Assembly (NCBI GenBank): GCA_964405015.1
Contig: CAYOME010000003.1
Location: 11,359-75,358, forward strand
DNA from: an uncultured Candidatus Saccharibacteria bacterium
GTDB lineage: Bacteria; Patescibacteriota; Dojkabacteria; SC72
Direction: 5' to 3'
Length of the DNA stretch: 64,000 nt
In this document: piece after piece, positions 10,103-19,307 of the stretch
Position numbering within the stretch: position 1 is the first letter of the stretch
Layout of the letters: each line of letters opens with the position of its first letter
Position numbers and translations under genes: made by a program
Notes under the pieces: generated by a model
Databases searched by the model: none
What the model was told of the DNA's origin: nothing
What the model saw: only the letters and a program-made list of their open reading frames with translations

Positions 10103-10555
10103 ATGCAAATAGACAATCCCATACTAGCCATTGACTATGGCCAAAAAAGAATTGGTTTAGCAATATCAGATTCAAAAGGAATCATTGCATCTCCTTTGGA
10201 AGTACTCGAAAAAACTAAAAATCGAAACATAGATATATTAATAGAAGATATTCTAAACATAATTAAAGAGTACAGAGTCAAAACCATATTATTAGGATGT
10301 CCCCAAACATTCCAAGATAGCTACGAGAAATCAGAAAAAAAGATAAAGAAATTTGGTAACCTACTTCAAGAAAAGACGGACCTACAAATCATTTACCAAG
10401 ACGAAAGCTATTCTACCTCTGAAGCTCAAAATATGTTACTATCCCTAGGACAGAATACTAAGTCGACTAGACATAAGATAGACAAAATAGCTGCAACAGT
10501 ATTTCTTCAAGAATTTTTAAATTCGAAACAATCTACAAATGAAAACAATATTTAG
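10103..10555 (+). CDS. yqgF: YqgF/RuvX family nuclease
   Basis: LAIDYGQKRIGLAISD, DESYST and IDKIAA motifs; conserved alaS-yqgF-mltG order. Confidence 0.93.
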   Translation: MQIDNPILAIDYGQKRIGLAISDSKGIIASPLEVLEKTKNRNIDILIEDILNIIKEYRVKTILLGCPQTFQDSYEKSEKKIKKFGNLLQEKTDLQIIYQDESYSTSEAQNMLLSLGQNTKSTRHKIDKIAATVFLQEFLNSKQSTNENNI

Positions 10556-11537
10556 AATATTCATACTTGCATTGATAACTGTTGTTGTTGGAGGATTCCT
10601 GATAAAAAGGAACTACAGTACAACAATAGAGATACCAAACAGTGAACAATCTGAAAAGGTAGTCTTAGAAATTAAACAGGGCCAAACTTTAGAAACAATA
10701 GTTGATGAATTAATAAAAGCTGGAGTATTAAGAGACAATTGGAAAATATATTTTGAGACATACGTAAAACTTAACAAATTAGCACCTAAGATTCAGGCGG
10801 GGGTATATCAAATACCAAAGAACCTAAATATAAAAGAAATAGCTGAAATGATTCAGTTCTCACAAGAACAAGCTGTATGGGTAACTATACAAGAAGGTCT
10901 TAGAAAAGATGAAATTGCAGATATTCTCTACGAAGAGTTGGGGAATTTTGATGAATCTCAATTTTCTAAAGAAGAGTTTCTTTCTTTAACAACAGATATT
11001 GAATACATAACCTCTTTGCAAATACCTTTCGAACTGTCTGACCTTGAAGGATATATATTTCCAGATAAATATTCTTTTGCTGTAAACTCCAAAACAAAAG
11101 ATATCCTCGGAGTAATGATTACTAACTTTAAAAACAAAGTCGGTTTTGGAGATGAATATCAGGATATAATTGTTGCAAGTATGGTTGAAAGAGAGGGATA
11201 TACATCAGAAGATAGGCCAATGATTGCAGATGTAATAAAGAAGAGATACAACGAGGGATGGTTACTACAAATAGATGCAACCCTACTGTATCCAAGGAAA
11301 GATTGGAAGGCAACCATAACTGACAAAGATAAGCAAAGCGATAGTCCATACAATACATACAAATTCCAAGGATATCCACCAACACCAATATGTAATCCTG
11401 GATTAGCTGCAATAAATGCAGTAAGAAATCCTAAACCAAATCCATATTACTACTACATACATGATAATGATGGGGTTGCTCATTTTGCAAAAACCTTAGC
11501 AGAGCATAACCAGAATGTTCAAAAATATCTTAGATAA
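10539..11537 (+). CDS. mltG: endolytic transglycosylase MltG
   Basis: LEGYIFPDKY, ASMVERE, LQIDAT, SPYNTY and PPTPICNPG motifs. Confidence 0.95.
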   Translation: MKTIFRIFILALITVVVGGFLIKRNYSTTIEIPNSEQSEKVVLEIKQGQTLETIVDELIKAGVLRDNWKIYFETYVKLNKLAPKIQAGVYQIPKNLNIKEIAEMIQFSQEQAVWVTIQEGLRKDEIADILYEELGNFDESQFSKEEFLSLTTDIEYITSLQIPFELSDLEGYIFPDKYSFAVNSKTKDILGVMITNFKNKVGFGDEYQDIIVASMVEREGYTSEDRPMIADVIKKRYNEGWLLQIDATLLYPRKDWKATITDKDKQSDSPYNTYKFQGYPPTPICNPGLAAINAVRNPKPNPYYYYIHDNDGVAHFAKTLAEHNQNVQKYLR

Positions 11538-11554
11538 ATTACAGCCATCTGCCC

Positions 11555-12979
11555 ATGGGAGTATCTATAAATATGAGTGACAAAGACTTAACCAATAGAG
11601 TATCCATACCTACTAAAGCAAAAAAGAAGGTGAAAATATTACCTTTGATAATAGGTATTGTTCTTGTTTGCGTAATAAGTGTTGCAGGTTACTTCATATA
11701 CAAAGGATATATGGTCTCTAAAGATATCGGATTTAATTTCTCTCCAGGATCAATACTTCAACCTGAAAAAGAACCAGAGTTAAAAAAAGACTCTACGGGT
11801 AAATATACAAATGTCATGCTTGTTGGTATCGATACTAGAGAGACTGGAAATTTAATGAATACAGATACAATAATAATAGCTTCATACAATTACGAGACTA
11901 ATAATGTTGTAATGATCTCCATACCAAGAGATTTCCATGTACAAGTAGATCCTAATAAATATTGGTTTAATAGAATAAATTCTGTATATTCAGTTAACGA
12001 GCAGAAAGAAAAAGATTCTGGTTTAGACGCATTAAAAGAAGTAGTACAGGAAGTAACTGATATTGAAATCCAATACTATGCAATGATAGATTACAACGGC
12101 TTTGTAGACCTCATTGATGCCGTTGGAGGAGTATATGTAAATGTAGAAAACAGCTTTACTGATTACATGTACCCAAAAGGTACAAAATATGAGACAGTCT
12201 CTTTTAAAGAAGGTCCACAATTAATGGATGGTACTACTGCCCTTAAATATTCCAGATCCAGACACTCAATGCAAAACAATGAAGGATCTGATTTCGCAAG
12301 AGCAAGAAGACAACAGAATGTAATACTTGCATTCAAAGATACGGTATTAAGTTCAGAAACCTTGCTTAATCCTAAAAAGATAATGGATTTGATGAGTGCA
12401 ATACAAAACAATCTTAAGATCTCAGAATTTACCTTAGATGATATACAAGCAGGAGTTAATATATTAGAGAAATATAGTGAATCCCAAGGTAAATCATATT
12501 CCTTTGTATTAGATCCTTCTTCAGGAAACTTTACATTGATAACGAGTGAAAATGTAGTAAATACAGGAGCATATGCAATAGGGCCAATAGCAGGATTAGG
12601 CGAATACGATGAAATAAAGGAATATGTATCCTACATACTCAAAGAACCAGATATATATTCTCAAAATCCATCGATATATGTATATAACACAGGATTAGGA
12701 TATCAAGATACTTACAAAAAAGCAGAGGAACTAAGAAAAGAATATAAATATTTAAATATTAAATTCCTAGGAACAATATACAGTGATAAGGAGAATACAT
12801 ACGTATATTCAAACTCTGAGGAAGATCTTACTAATATAGTGAGTAAATTTGCTCAATATTTAAATACAACAAATACATCTAAACCAGAATATATTACAAC
12901 CAAGCTAAGAGGAGAAGACATCTCAATATTAATGGGAAAAGAACCCCTTCCACAAGAATCAGAGATAGAGGATAATTAA
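11555..12979 (+). CDS. LCP (LytR-CpsA-Psr) family protein
   Basis: NVMLVGID, TDTIII, ISIPRD, DAVGGV, ALKYSRSRH and DFARARRQQ motifs; N-terminal TM. Confidence 0.93.
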   Translation: MGVSINMSDKDLTNRVSIPTKAKKKVKILPLIIGIVLVCVISVAGYFIYKGYMVSKDIGFNFSPGSILQPEKEPELKKDSTGKYTNVMLVGIDTRETGNLMNTDTIIIASYNYETNNVVMISIPRDFHVQVDPNKYWFNRINSVYSVNEQKEKDSGLDALKEVVQEVTDIEIQYYAMIDYNGFVDLIDAVGGVYVNVENSFTDYMYPKGTKYETVSFKEGPQLMDGTTALKYSRSRHSMQNNEGSDFARARRQQNVILAFKDTVLSSETLLNPKKIMDLMSAIQNNLKISEFTLDDIQAGVNILEKYSESQGKSYSFVLDPSSGNFTLITSENVVNTGAYAIGPIAGLGEYDEIKEYVSYILKEPDIYSQNPSIYVYNTGLGYQDTYKKAEELRKEYKYLNIKFLGTIYSDKENTYVYSNSEEDLTNIVSKFAQYLNTTNTSKPEYITTKLRGEDISILMGKEPLPQESEIEDN

Positions 12980-12981
12980 AC

Positions 12982-13908
12982 ATGTACAAGCTCTACATTG
13001 GTAATGAAACATATATCTCTTTACAGAAAGTAAAACGGGATATATCTCAAATACAACAAGATGAGAATCTAGAATATCTTTCATTAGATGGAGAAAAAAC
13101 AAAAGCTGCTGAAATAGTCGATATCATTTCATCCCCTTCTCTCTTTTCTACAAAAAGAATACTTCTTGTAAAAAGGGTATACAGAAATAAAGAAAAAGAG
13201 CAGATACTCAACTTTCTTTTAAAATACCTACAAAATGATATCTCCGATCATATATTCCTCTGGGAAGATCAAAAAGTTAGTTCTGTAACAAAGTATGTAA
13301 AATTCTTTAAAGCTAAAAACCTTTTAGAAGAATATACACAATTAAACAAGAGAACTTTCTTAACGTGGGCAAAAGAAGAAATAAAAGAGAAAGAATTAAA
13401 TATCGATAGCTATTCAATATCCTTACTCTCCCAGTACTCCAACTATGACCCTGAAAGGTTTGAAAATAATCTAATGAAATTAAAACTTACTGAAAAAGAG
13501 AAAATAACAGAAGAGGACATTAAAGAATTCTCAGCAGATACCCTAGAACAAGATATATGGAAACTCTTAGATGAGATTAATACCCAAGACGGGAAACCAC
13601 TACTCCTAATGGAAAAACTTTTTAAACAAGATGTTGATGCGAACTACCTAATTGCAATGATAGCAAGGAATTTAAGGATCGTGTGTATGACAAAAGATTT
13701 ACTAAAAAGAAATGTTGCATATCCCCAATTAGCATCAATACTTAAGGTCCCACCATTTACATTAAAACCAATAGTAGACGCAAGTAATAGATATTCAGAT
13801 GAAAAAATATTAAATATATATGAGAAATTAACAAGTCTAGACTATGAAATAAAGGTAGGAAGAATTGAACCTAAATTAGGCTTAACATTGCTTTGTACCA
13901 TATTGTAG
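12982..13908 (+). CDS. holA: DNA polymerase III delta subunit
   Basis: SPSLFSTKRILLVK, IWKLLD and LDYEIKVG motifs; lies near rpsT. Confidence 0.88.
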   Translation: MYKLYIGNETYISLQKVKRDISQIQQDENLEYLSLDGEKTKAAEIVDIISSPSLFSTKRILLVKRVYRNKEKEQILNFLLKYLQNDISDHIFLWEDQKVSSVTKYVKFFKAKNLLEEYTQLNKRTFLTWAKEEIKEKELNIDSYSISLLSQYSNYDPERFENNLMKLKLTEKEKITEEDIKEFSADTLEQDIWKLLDEINTQDGKPLLLMEKLFKQDVDANYLIAMIARNLRIVCMTKDLLKRNVAYPQLASILKVPPFTLKPIVDASNRYSDEKILNIYEKLTSLDYEIKVGRIEPKLGLTLLCTIL

Positions 13909-13989
13909 ATATATTCATTGACATTACCATCGATATTCTCATAAACTCTATACAACGGAATTCTTTAATATACAACTTACTGCCATTAG

Positions 13990-15726
13990 ATGAGTACACA
14001 GAGTAGAAATACAAAAAGAGCACTTAGAGTCTTACTTTTTGTAGGAGGTTTTCTCATACTAGCATTGATAGCAGCAGTCATCTATTTCTATACAATTGGT
14101 GATCTAACAAAAGATGATGATCAGAAGAATCAAATTACTTGTGGATGTTACATCATCGACCCTGCCGTAATAAACGATTGTGGTGATCCTAAAAAAGCAA
14201 TACTTTTTACAACCAAAACAGTAGCCTCAGATCAAGTCTGTAATGCACAATGTGATACGAATGCTCTCTCAGAATATGTCTTAAAAAGTACGACTGAAAC
14301 AAACAGATACAAAAGCTGTACTGTAAGAAGTATATCCGATGCAAGATGTCAGGATATGGTACTTACAGACCAAGATGGTAAATTAATTACAGGAAAAGTA
14401 TCCCCAGAAGATGAAATAAATATTAAAGCAACATTCGATAGCGAAGATTACTCCGAATATGTCTTTAAGATTAACAGCCAAACTGAACAACCAGACAAAA
14501 CAGAAGGTCCAGTAATATCAAAAAAGATCTCTGAATTAGGAGATACCAATGCCATTGAAATAGTTGCTACAGCAAAGGATAAAAAAGGAGATAATATTAA
14601 TTCAATAATATGTAGAAGAGTCGTAGAAGTTCAACAACAAAGTGGAGTTGGTGCAAATGCAATCTCAGCCTCAACTGAAAGACAAAGCGATGGAAGAACC
14701 AAAATATCTCAAGTGATAATCTCTGTTGGACAAATTGCTAGCGAGAATGTAAAAGTTAGTTTCTCTTTTGGAAGTAACTACCCTACTCTAATTGCTCAAG
14801 ATGGTCTAAATATTGAAAGTTCTAAAGGATCAATTACCATTACTAAAGCAGACCTTTACAACACAGCTAACTTCCAAGGAGGACAATCATTTGCAATATT
14901 AGATAACCATCAGGGTAAACTAACAATAACCGCAGATATTTTTGTAGATGATGTAAGCATTGGAGTTGTAAATACAGAAGTTGATTTTGCAGAGATAGAG
15001 GAACCTTCATTAGAAGATCCTGAACCAGAAGTTGAAGAAGAGGAAGAATCGAACTTTGCTACTTCTAAAACTGCATCACCTCTTTGTGTAGAAAGAGTTG
15101 ATGGAAAGAATGAAGCTACATTTACAATATCTGTAAAAAACAATTCAAGTGTAGATCAAGGAATTACCTCCATTAAAGATAAATTACCATTGGGTTTTGA
15201 ATATATACCAGAAAGTACAAAAATAAATGGAGCAACAGTAAGCGACAGTTCAAATGTTACAGTTACTACAGTAGGTTCAACCAAAGAAATAGTCTGGCAA
15301 CAAACATTACCTTGGAATATTACAGCAGGTAATCAAATGATTATCATATTCAAAGCAAAGGCAGGCACAGATACATTAACAGGAGATAACCTAAATGAAA
15401 TAATTGTAAACCCAGTACAAATACCATCAGATCCAGCAACACTTAGAGCTCAAGCTGGAATTGTTGTAGCACAAGACTGTAACAATCCTCCAACAGGTAC
15501 CACTATTCCAAAGACAGGAATCTTTGACAATATATTTGTAAGAATATTCTTAGGGGCAATATTGTTTGCAACAGCATGGATTGTATATACAAGACCAGAA
15601 GGATCAAAGATCTCTGAAATGATAGTCGGCTCAGATCTTTACAAAGATGCTGAGTTAGCAAAATACAAAGTAACCAATCCTAAAAAATACTTCGAAGAAA
15701 AAGTCCTTAGAGGGAAGAAGGAGTAA
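13990..15726 (+). CDS. Cys-rich, DUF11-like surface protein with LPXTG-like sorting signal (IPKTG)
   Basis: N-terminal TM; Cys cluster; ATFTISVKN...IKDKLPLGFEYIPESTKING (DUF11-like); IPKTG at 15505-15519 followed by a hydrophobic helix and charged tail. Promoter TTGACA(13918)-18-TAAACT. Confidence 0.75.
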   Translation: MSTQSRNTKRALRVLLFVGGFLILALIAAVIYFYTIGDLTKDDDQKNQITCGCYIIDPAVINDCGDPKKAILFTTKTVASDQVCNAQCDTNALSEYVLKSTTETNRYKSCTVRSISDARCQDMVLTDQDGKLITGKVSPEDEINIKATFDSEDYSEYVFKINSQTEQPDKTEGPVISKKISELGDTNAIEIVATAKDKKGDNINSIICRRVVEVQQQSGVGANAISASTERQSDGRTKISQVIISVGQIASENVKVSFSFGSNYPTLIAQDGLNIESSKGSITITKADLYNTANFQGGQSFAILDNHQGKLTITADIFVDDVSIGVVNTEVDFAEIEEPSLEDPEPEVEEEEESNFATSKTASPLCVERVDGKNEATFTISVKNNSSVDQGITSIKDKLPLGFEYIPESTKINGATVSDSSNVTVTTVGSTKEIVWQQTLPWNITAGNQMIIIFKAKAGTDTLTGDNLNEIIVNPVQIPSDPATLRAQAGIVVAQDCNNPPTGTTIPKTGIFDNIFVRIFLGAILFATAWIVYTRPEGSKISEMIVGSDLYKDAELAKYKVTNPKKYFEEKVLRGKKE

Positions 15727-16105
15727 AAGAGAGTGGTAAACCATCCTTACCATATGTAACCCCATCTGATACGATTGAAAAGAAATATGTCTTAGAAGAT
15801 AGGACGGAATCAATAACTACAAAATGATTAATATCTTTTACATCATTTTTCAAATCTATACCTACTAAATTAAGATCCTTCATCTCATTACCATATATAA
15901 TATATGCTGAACATTTTTCTTTGCTTAGCCAAGATATCTCAACAGAGTTAGGAGATTCCCCCTTCTGAATCTTAACATTGTATGGATCACAACCATCAAT
16001 AGAAACTGAGCTATTTGATCCAGAAACCTTAAATACAACAATACCAATAGAAATTAATATAACAGTTAAAAATATTCCAATTGTAAATACCCATCTACTT
16101 CTCAT
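15707..16105 (-). CDS. small N-anchored fibronectin type III-like protein
   Basis: TM, then PYNVKI...SVEISW...YG...HFVVID...KTYFFSIVSDG. Start probably MRSRW at 16105. Confidence 0.65.
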   Translation of the reverse strand: MRSRWVFTIGIFLTVILISIGIVVFKVSGSNSSVSIDGCDPYNVKIQKGESPNSVEISWLSKEKCSAYIIYGNEMKDLNLVGIDLKNDVKDINHFVVIDSVLSSKTYFFSIVSDGVTYGKDGLPLSFTPSSL

Positions 16106-16508
16106 TTTCTTCAACGATAATATATTCAATTAAATCAGAACTCCCATACCCATCAGAGATCTTTAAAACTACTTTGTATGTACCAACATCATCTAAGCTT
16201 GGAGTACCTTTCAATATTAAACCCTCTTCAAAGTATAACCAACTTGGCCCATCTTCCATAGTAATAACTACCGAATCTATATCCTTCGATACAACCCTTG
16301 GAACAAATACATACTCCTCACCAGCAATTACACTTCTAGGCATAAGGTTAGTAATATATGGATAAGAAGATACAATATCTCTCTGTATATTTACACCCTT
16401 AACATCTTTTTCCTTTAAAAGAAGATATATAGGTGAGATAACACTCAAAATAAATATAAAAGAGAAGATTACATACCCAAGAACTTTCTTTGTATTCGAT
16501 ATATCCAT
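16095..16508 (-). CDS. small N-anchored putative Ig-domain (He_PIG-like) protein
   Basis: TM, then PYIT...GPSWL...LKGTP...DVGTYKVVLKISDG. TGa-TACACT lies 6 nt before the ATG. Confidence 0.7.
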   Translation of the reverse strand: MDISNTKKVLGYVIFSFIFILSVISPIYLLLKEKDVKGVNIQRDIVSSYPYITNLMPRSVIAGEEYVFVPRVVSKDIDSVVITMEDGPSWLYFEEGLILKGTPSLDDVGTYKVVLKISDGYGSSDLIEYIIVEENEK

Positions 16509-16604
16509 AAAAATAGTGTATCAAGTAAATATTCTGTTTACAAACATACTCTTACCAGATATAATACAACGCAATATTGAATCATTTTAATTACACATTT
16601 AGGA

Positions 16605-16901
16605 ATGCCAAATTTAAAAACATCTATTAAAGACTTAAGACAAACAAAGAGAAGAACTCTTTACAATGATAGACTCAGAAACAGAGTAAAAAAAGCTGTA
16701 AAGAAATTTCAAGATCTTGTAAAGACAGATGAAAAGGAAGCTGCAGAGAAGAGTTTAAAACAATCTTTTAAAGTTCTTGACAAAGCAGCTAAAAATCATG
16801 TTATAAAGAAGGGTAAAGCAAGTCGAAAAAAATCTAGACTTGCAATTCAACTTAACAAACTGTCCATAGATAATGTCAAAACTGATCAAAAGAGCTCTTA
16901 A
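16605..16901 (+). CDS. rpsT: 30S ribosomal protein S20
   Basis: MPNLKTSIKDLRQ...LDKAAKNHVIKKGKASRKKSRLA. Confidence 0.95.
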   Translation: MPNLKTSIKDLRQTKRRTLYNDRLRNRVKKAVKKFQDLVKTDEKEAAEKSLKQSFKVLDKAAKNHVIKKGKASRKKSRLAIQLNKLSIDNVKTDQKSS

Positions 16902-17421
16902 AGATTCACTCTTTCCTGCCATATCGATGATTGCAGGAAAAGTTGTAGGTATCTTTTTGGCTAGTGCTACATACGGCCTTTCTTTCGAGATTGGCAATGA
17001 TATAAACCAAAAGTTTTCAACACAGATCTACTTCCATGATCAGGTGACGACCCTTTTTGTAAACTCCTTTTCAGATTTAACAATGTTCCTTTTCATTGCA
17101 GTACCAACAATGTACTTTGTACTTAAGACTGCAATATTCCAATCTTCATTAGATAATCCTAAGACCATTGTTAAAGTAACTAAACTTAATCTCTTACAAT
17201 GGATTACTAAAGATGACACAACATTCTTACGTATCTTCATATGGTGTGCATTCCTTTGGGTATCATCTGCAGTAATAGTTTCAAACTCTTTACAAAACAA
17301 TACATATACATGGGTAGGGATAATAGCTGGAGCTACTGCATTCCTTTCTGTTTTTGGAGCAATTAAAACATTTGAAGTAGAATCTAATAAAGTATATCCT
17401 GATAGAAAGAAATATTACTAA
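16873..17421 (+). CDS. hypothetical integral membrane protein (about 4 TM)
   Basis: Four hydrophobic segments; overlaps the rpsT 3' end by 29 bp. Confidence 0.7.
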   Translation: MSKLIKRALKDSLFPAISMIAGKVVGIFLASATYGLSFEIGNDINQKFSTQIYFHDQVTTLFVNSFSDLTMFLFIAVPTMYFVLKTAIFQSSLDNPKTIVKVTKLNLLQWITKDDTTFLRIFIWCAFLWVSSAVIVSNSLQNNTYTWVGIIAGATAFLSVFGAIKTFEVESNKVYPDRKKYY

Positions 17422-17422
17422 A

Positions 17423-17974
17423 ATGAAAGAGAACAAATTCAAAAAAACATTAGCCTTAGTAGTAGAACCAATAGCATTAGGTTTACTTGCCCTACTCTTC
17501 ATAATACCTACAATAACTGTAGTTAATCTTCAACCACTAACTAAGAAACTAAAAGAAATAAATGTATTGGGTGTAAACAGTTCAGAGGAATTAAAGGTTA
17601 ATATTATAGGTGGTACTCACCAAGTATTCTTTAGTGAGAAACTAGCATCCGAAGAAGGAAGATATCTTTACTCCACTAAACTTACTAAAAGAGAAGCAGA
17701 TAGCTACTCTAAACCGATATTAGAAATAATTAATACCACAGGAGAAAATAAAGAGATAGAGATATATGGAGGTACTCACTTACCAACTAAATCTGATATT
17801 GGTTTAATTATTAATGATCAGAAATACAGATTACAAGAACCTAATGGTGATATTTTAAGACAGAGTATTTCACTTGTTCCTAATGAGAAATATTTAATAT
17901 ATTTGTATATTGAGAGTTTCTCTGATGTTCAATTTGAAGAAGACTTTGAATTAACAATTCTAGAATTAGAATAG
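17423..17974 (+). CDS. hypothetical N-anchored extracytoplasmic protein
   Basis: TM at residues ~10-35, then LKEINVLGVN and a beta-rich domain; starts 1 nt after the upstream stop. Confidence 0.7.
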   Translation: MKENKFKKTLALVVEPIALGLLALLFIIPTITVVNLQPLTKKLKEINVLGVNSSEELKVNIIGGTHQVFFSEKLASEEGRYLYSTKLTKREADSYSKPILEIINTTGENKEIEIYGGTHLPTKSDIGLIINDQKYRLQEPNGDILRQSISLVPNEKYLIYLYIESFSDVQFEEDFELTILELE

Positions 17975-18063
17975 ATATGAAGAAAGATTCTAAAACTAAA
18001 TATCAAATGACTAAAGCCTTTAAGATCTTCCTGTATTTTCTCCCATTACTTCTTTTAATATAT
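17963..18063 (+). repeat. direct repeat A, copy 1 (101 bp, 99/101 identical to 19207-19307)
   Basis: GAATTAGAATAG-nn-ATGAAGAAAGATTC...CTTTTAATATAT. Confidence 0.95.
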
Positions 18064-19218
18064 GCATTTGCAATTTGGTATTTCTATTCAGATGGTAAAG
18101 TTGTTGTAAATAAATATATTCAAACAAATATATTAAAAGTTGAGCAGGAAGAAGTAGAAACAATTACCTATACCAGCTCTGTATATCGTATAGGATTTAG
18201 CTATCCCAAAGGATGGACAGTAAAAGAAAGCACCGAGGGTATATTCGTTAGTAGTAATGATGGTAGATATGTGGGAATAAACTATCCAAATACAAGTATT
18301 GGACTAGAAGAATATGCTGTACAAAAATTGAATGACTACAAGGAGGAAATACATTCGAATGATGCAACACTCTCGCTCCAACCAATTAATATATGGTATG
18401 GCATTACTAGCTATGAGTATTTCATTATAGACATTAATGTAATATTTCCAGATTATACTGGATACTTTATTCAAAGTGACTATAATATTGTTGATATAAA
18501 AACTTCAACTGGAGAGATTGAGAAAGATATTGTTACTTCTATTAGATTTCTTAGTTACGATCAACCTCTAGAAGGAAACAACGCTAAGGATTTTGATATA
18601 AGTAAATATTCAGATATAAAACTTAAAGACTATTCAAATCTTTCTGTTTACAATAACCTTGACTCGAGTTGGCCATTACACGTTGGATATTGCAAATCAA
18701 ATACTTGGAACTATTGTCTTACAATCCTTAACAAAGATAATCTTGGAAATAACGAGGATAGAAACGTCCTTGAAAATTTTGAAAAAACCAGAGACGATAT
18801 TTTAAATTCAAAATTGTTTGTAGGAGCTCCTGAAATATTCCAATTTGGAAACTATGAGGGACAAATATTAATTTCTGAGATAAAAGATCTACAAATTCCT
18901 AATATCGATGCATATATTGCGACTGCAAGCTTAGGTTTTCAAAACAGTTACGTTGTTTCATATCCAAAGGGTGAATGGATATACTTAGAAATCTATGCTG
19001 TGTCTGGAAATAACTTACTGAAATTTGAACAGAATGGAAGCACGAGTGAGATGTTACATGTCTCAGATGAAGAGAACAAATCATGTATTATCTCTATTCC
19101 AGACCGCCAAGATGAATACGATAATGAATGCTTTATAAAGTTACTAAATACACCCAAATATAAACAAGAGATTAGAAATAGATTCGAAGAAATGATTAAG
19201 GTTTTTGAATTAGAATAG
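17977..19218 (+). CDS. N-anchored extracytoplasmic protein, tandem paralog 1, with an extra PsbP-like segment
   Basis: TM; YRIGFSYPKGWTVKE PsbP-like motif; C-terminal domain homologous to the next gene. Confidence 0.75.
   Translation: MKKDSKTKYQMTKAFKIFLYFLPLLLLIYAFAIWYFYSDGKVVVNKYIQTNILKVEQEEVETITYTSSVYRIGFSYPKGWTVKESTEGIFVSSNDGRYVGINYPNTSIGLEEYAVQKLNDYKEEIHSNDATLSLQPINIWYGITSYEYFIIDINVIFPDYTGYFIQSDYNIVDIKTSTGEIEKDIVTSIRFLSYDQPLEGNNAKDFDISKYSDIKLKDYSNLSVYNNLDSSWPLHVGYCKSNTWNYCLTILNKDNLGNNEDRNVLENFEKTRDDILNSKLFVGAPEIFQFGNYEGQILISEIKDLQIPNIDAYIATASLGFQNSYVVSYPKGEWIYLEIYAVSGNNLLKFEQNGSTSEMLHVSDEENKSCIISIPDRQDEYDNECFIKLLNTPKYKQEIRNRFEEMIKVFELE
19179..19215 (+). repeat. direct repeat B, copy 1 (37 bp, 1 mismatch to 20027-20063)
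   Basis: TAGATTCGAAGAAATGATTAAGGTTTTyGAATTAGAA. Confidence 0.9.
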
Positions 19219-19307
19219 TAATGAAGAAAGATTCTAAAACTAAATATCAAATGACTAAAGCCTTTAAGATCTTCCTGTATTTTCTCCCATTACTTCTTTT
19301 AATATAT
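19207..19307 (+). repeat. direct repeat A, copy 2
   Basis: Matches 17963-18063 at a 1244-bp offset. Confidence 0.95.
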
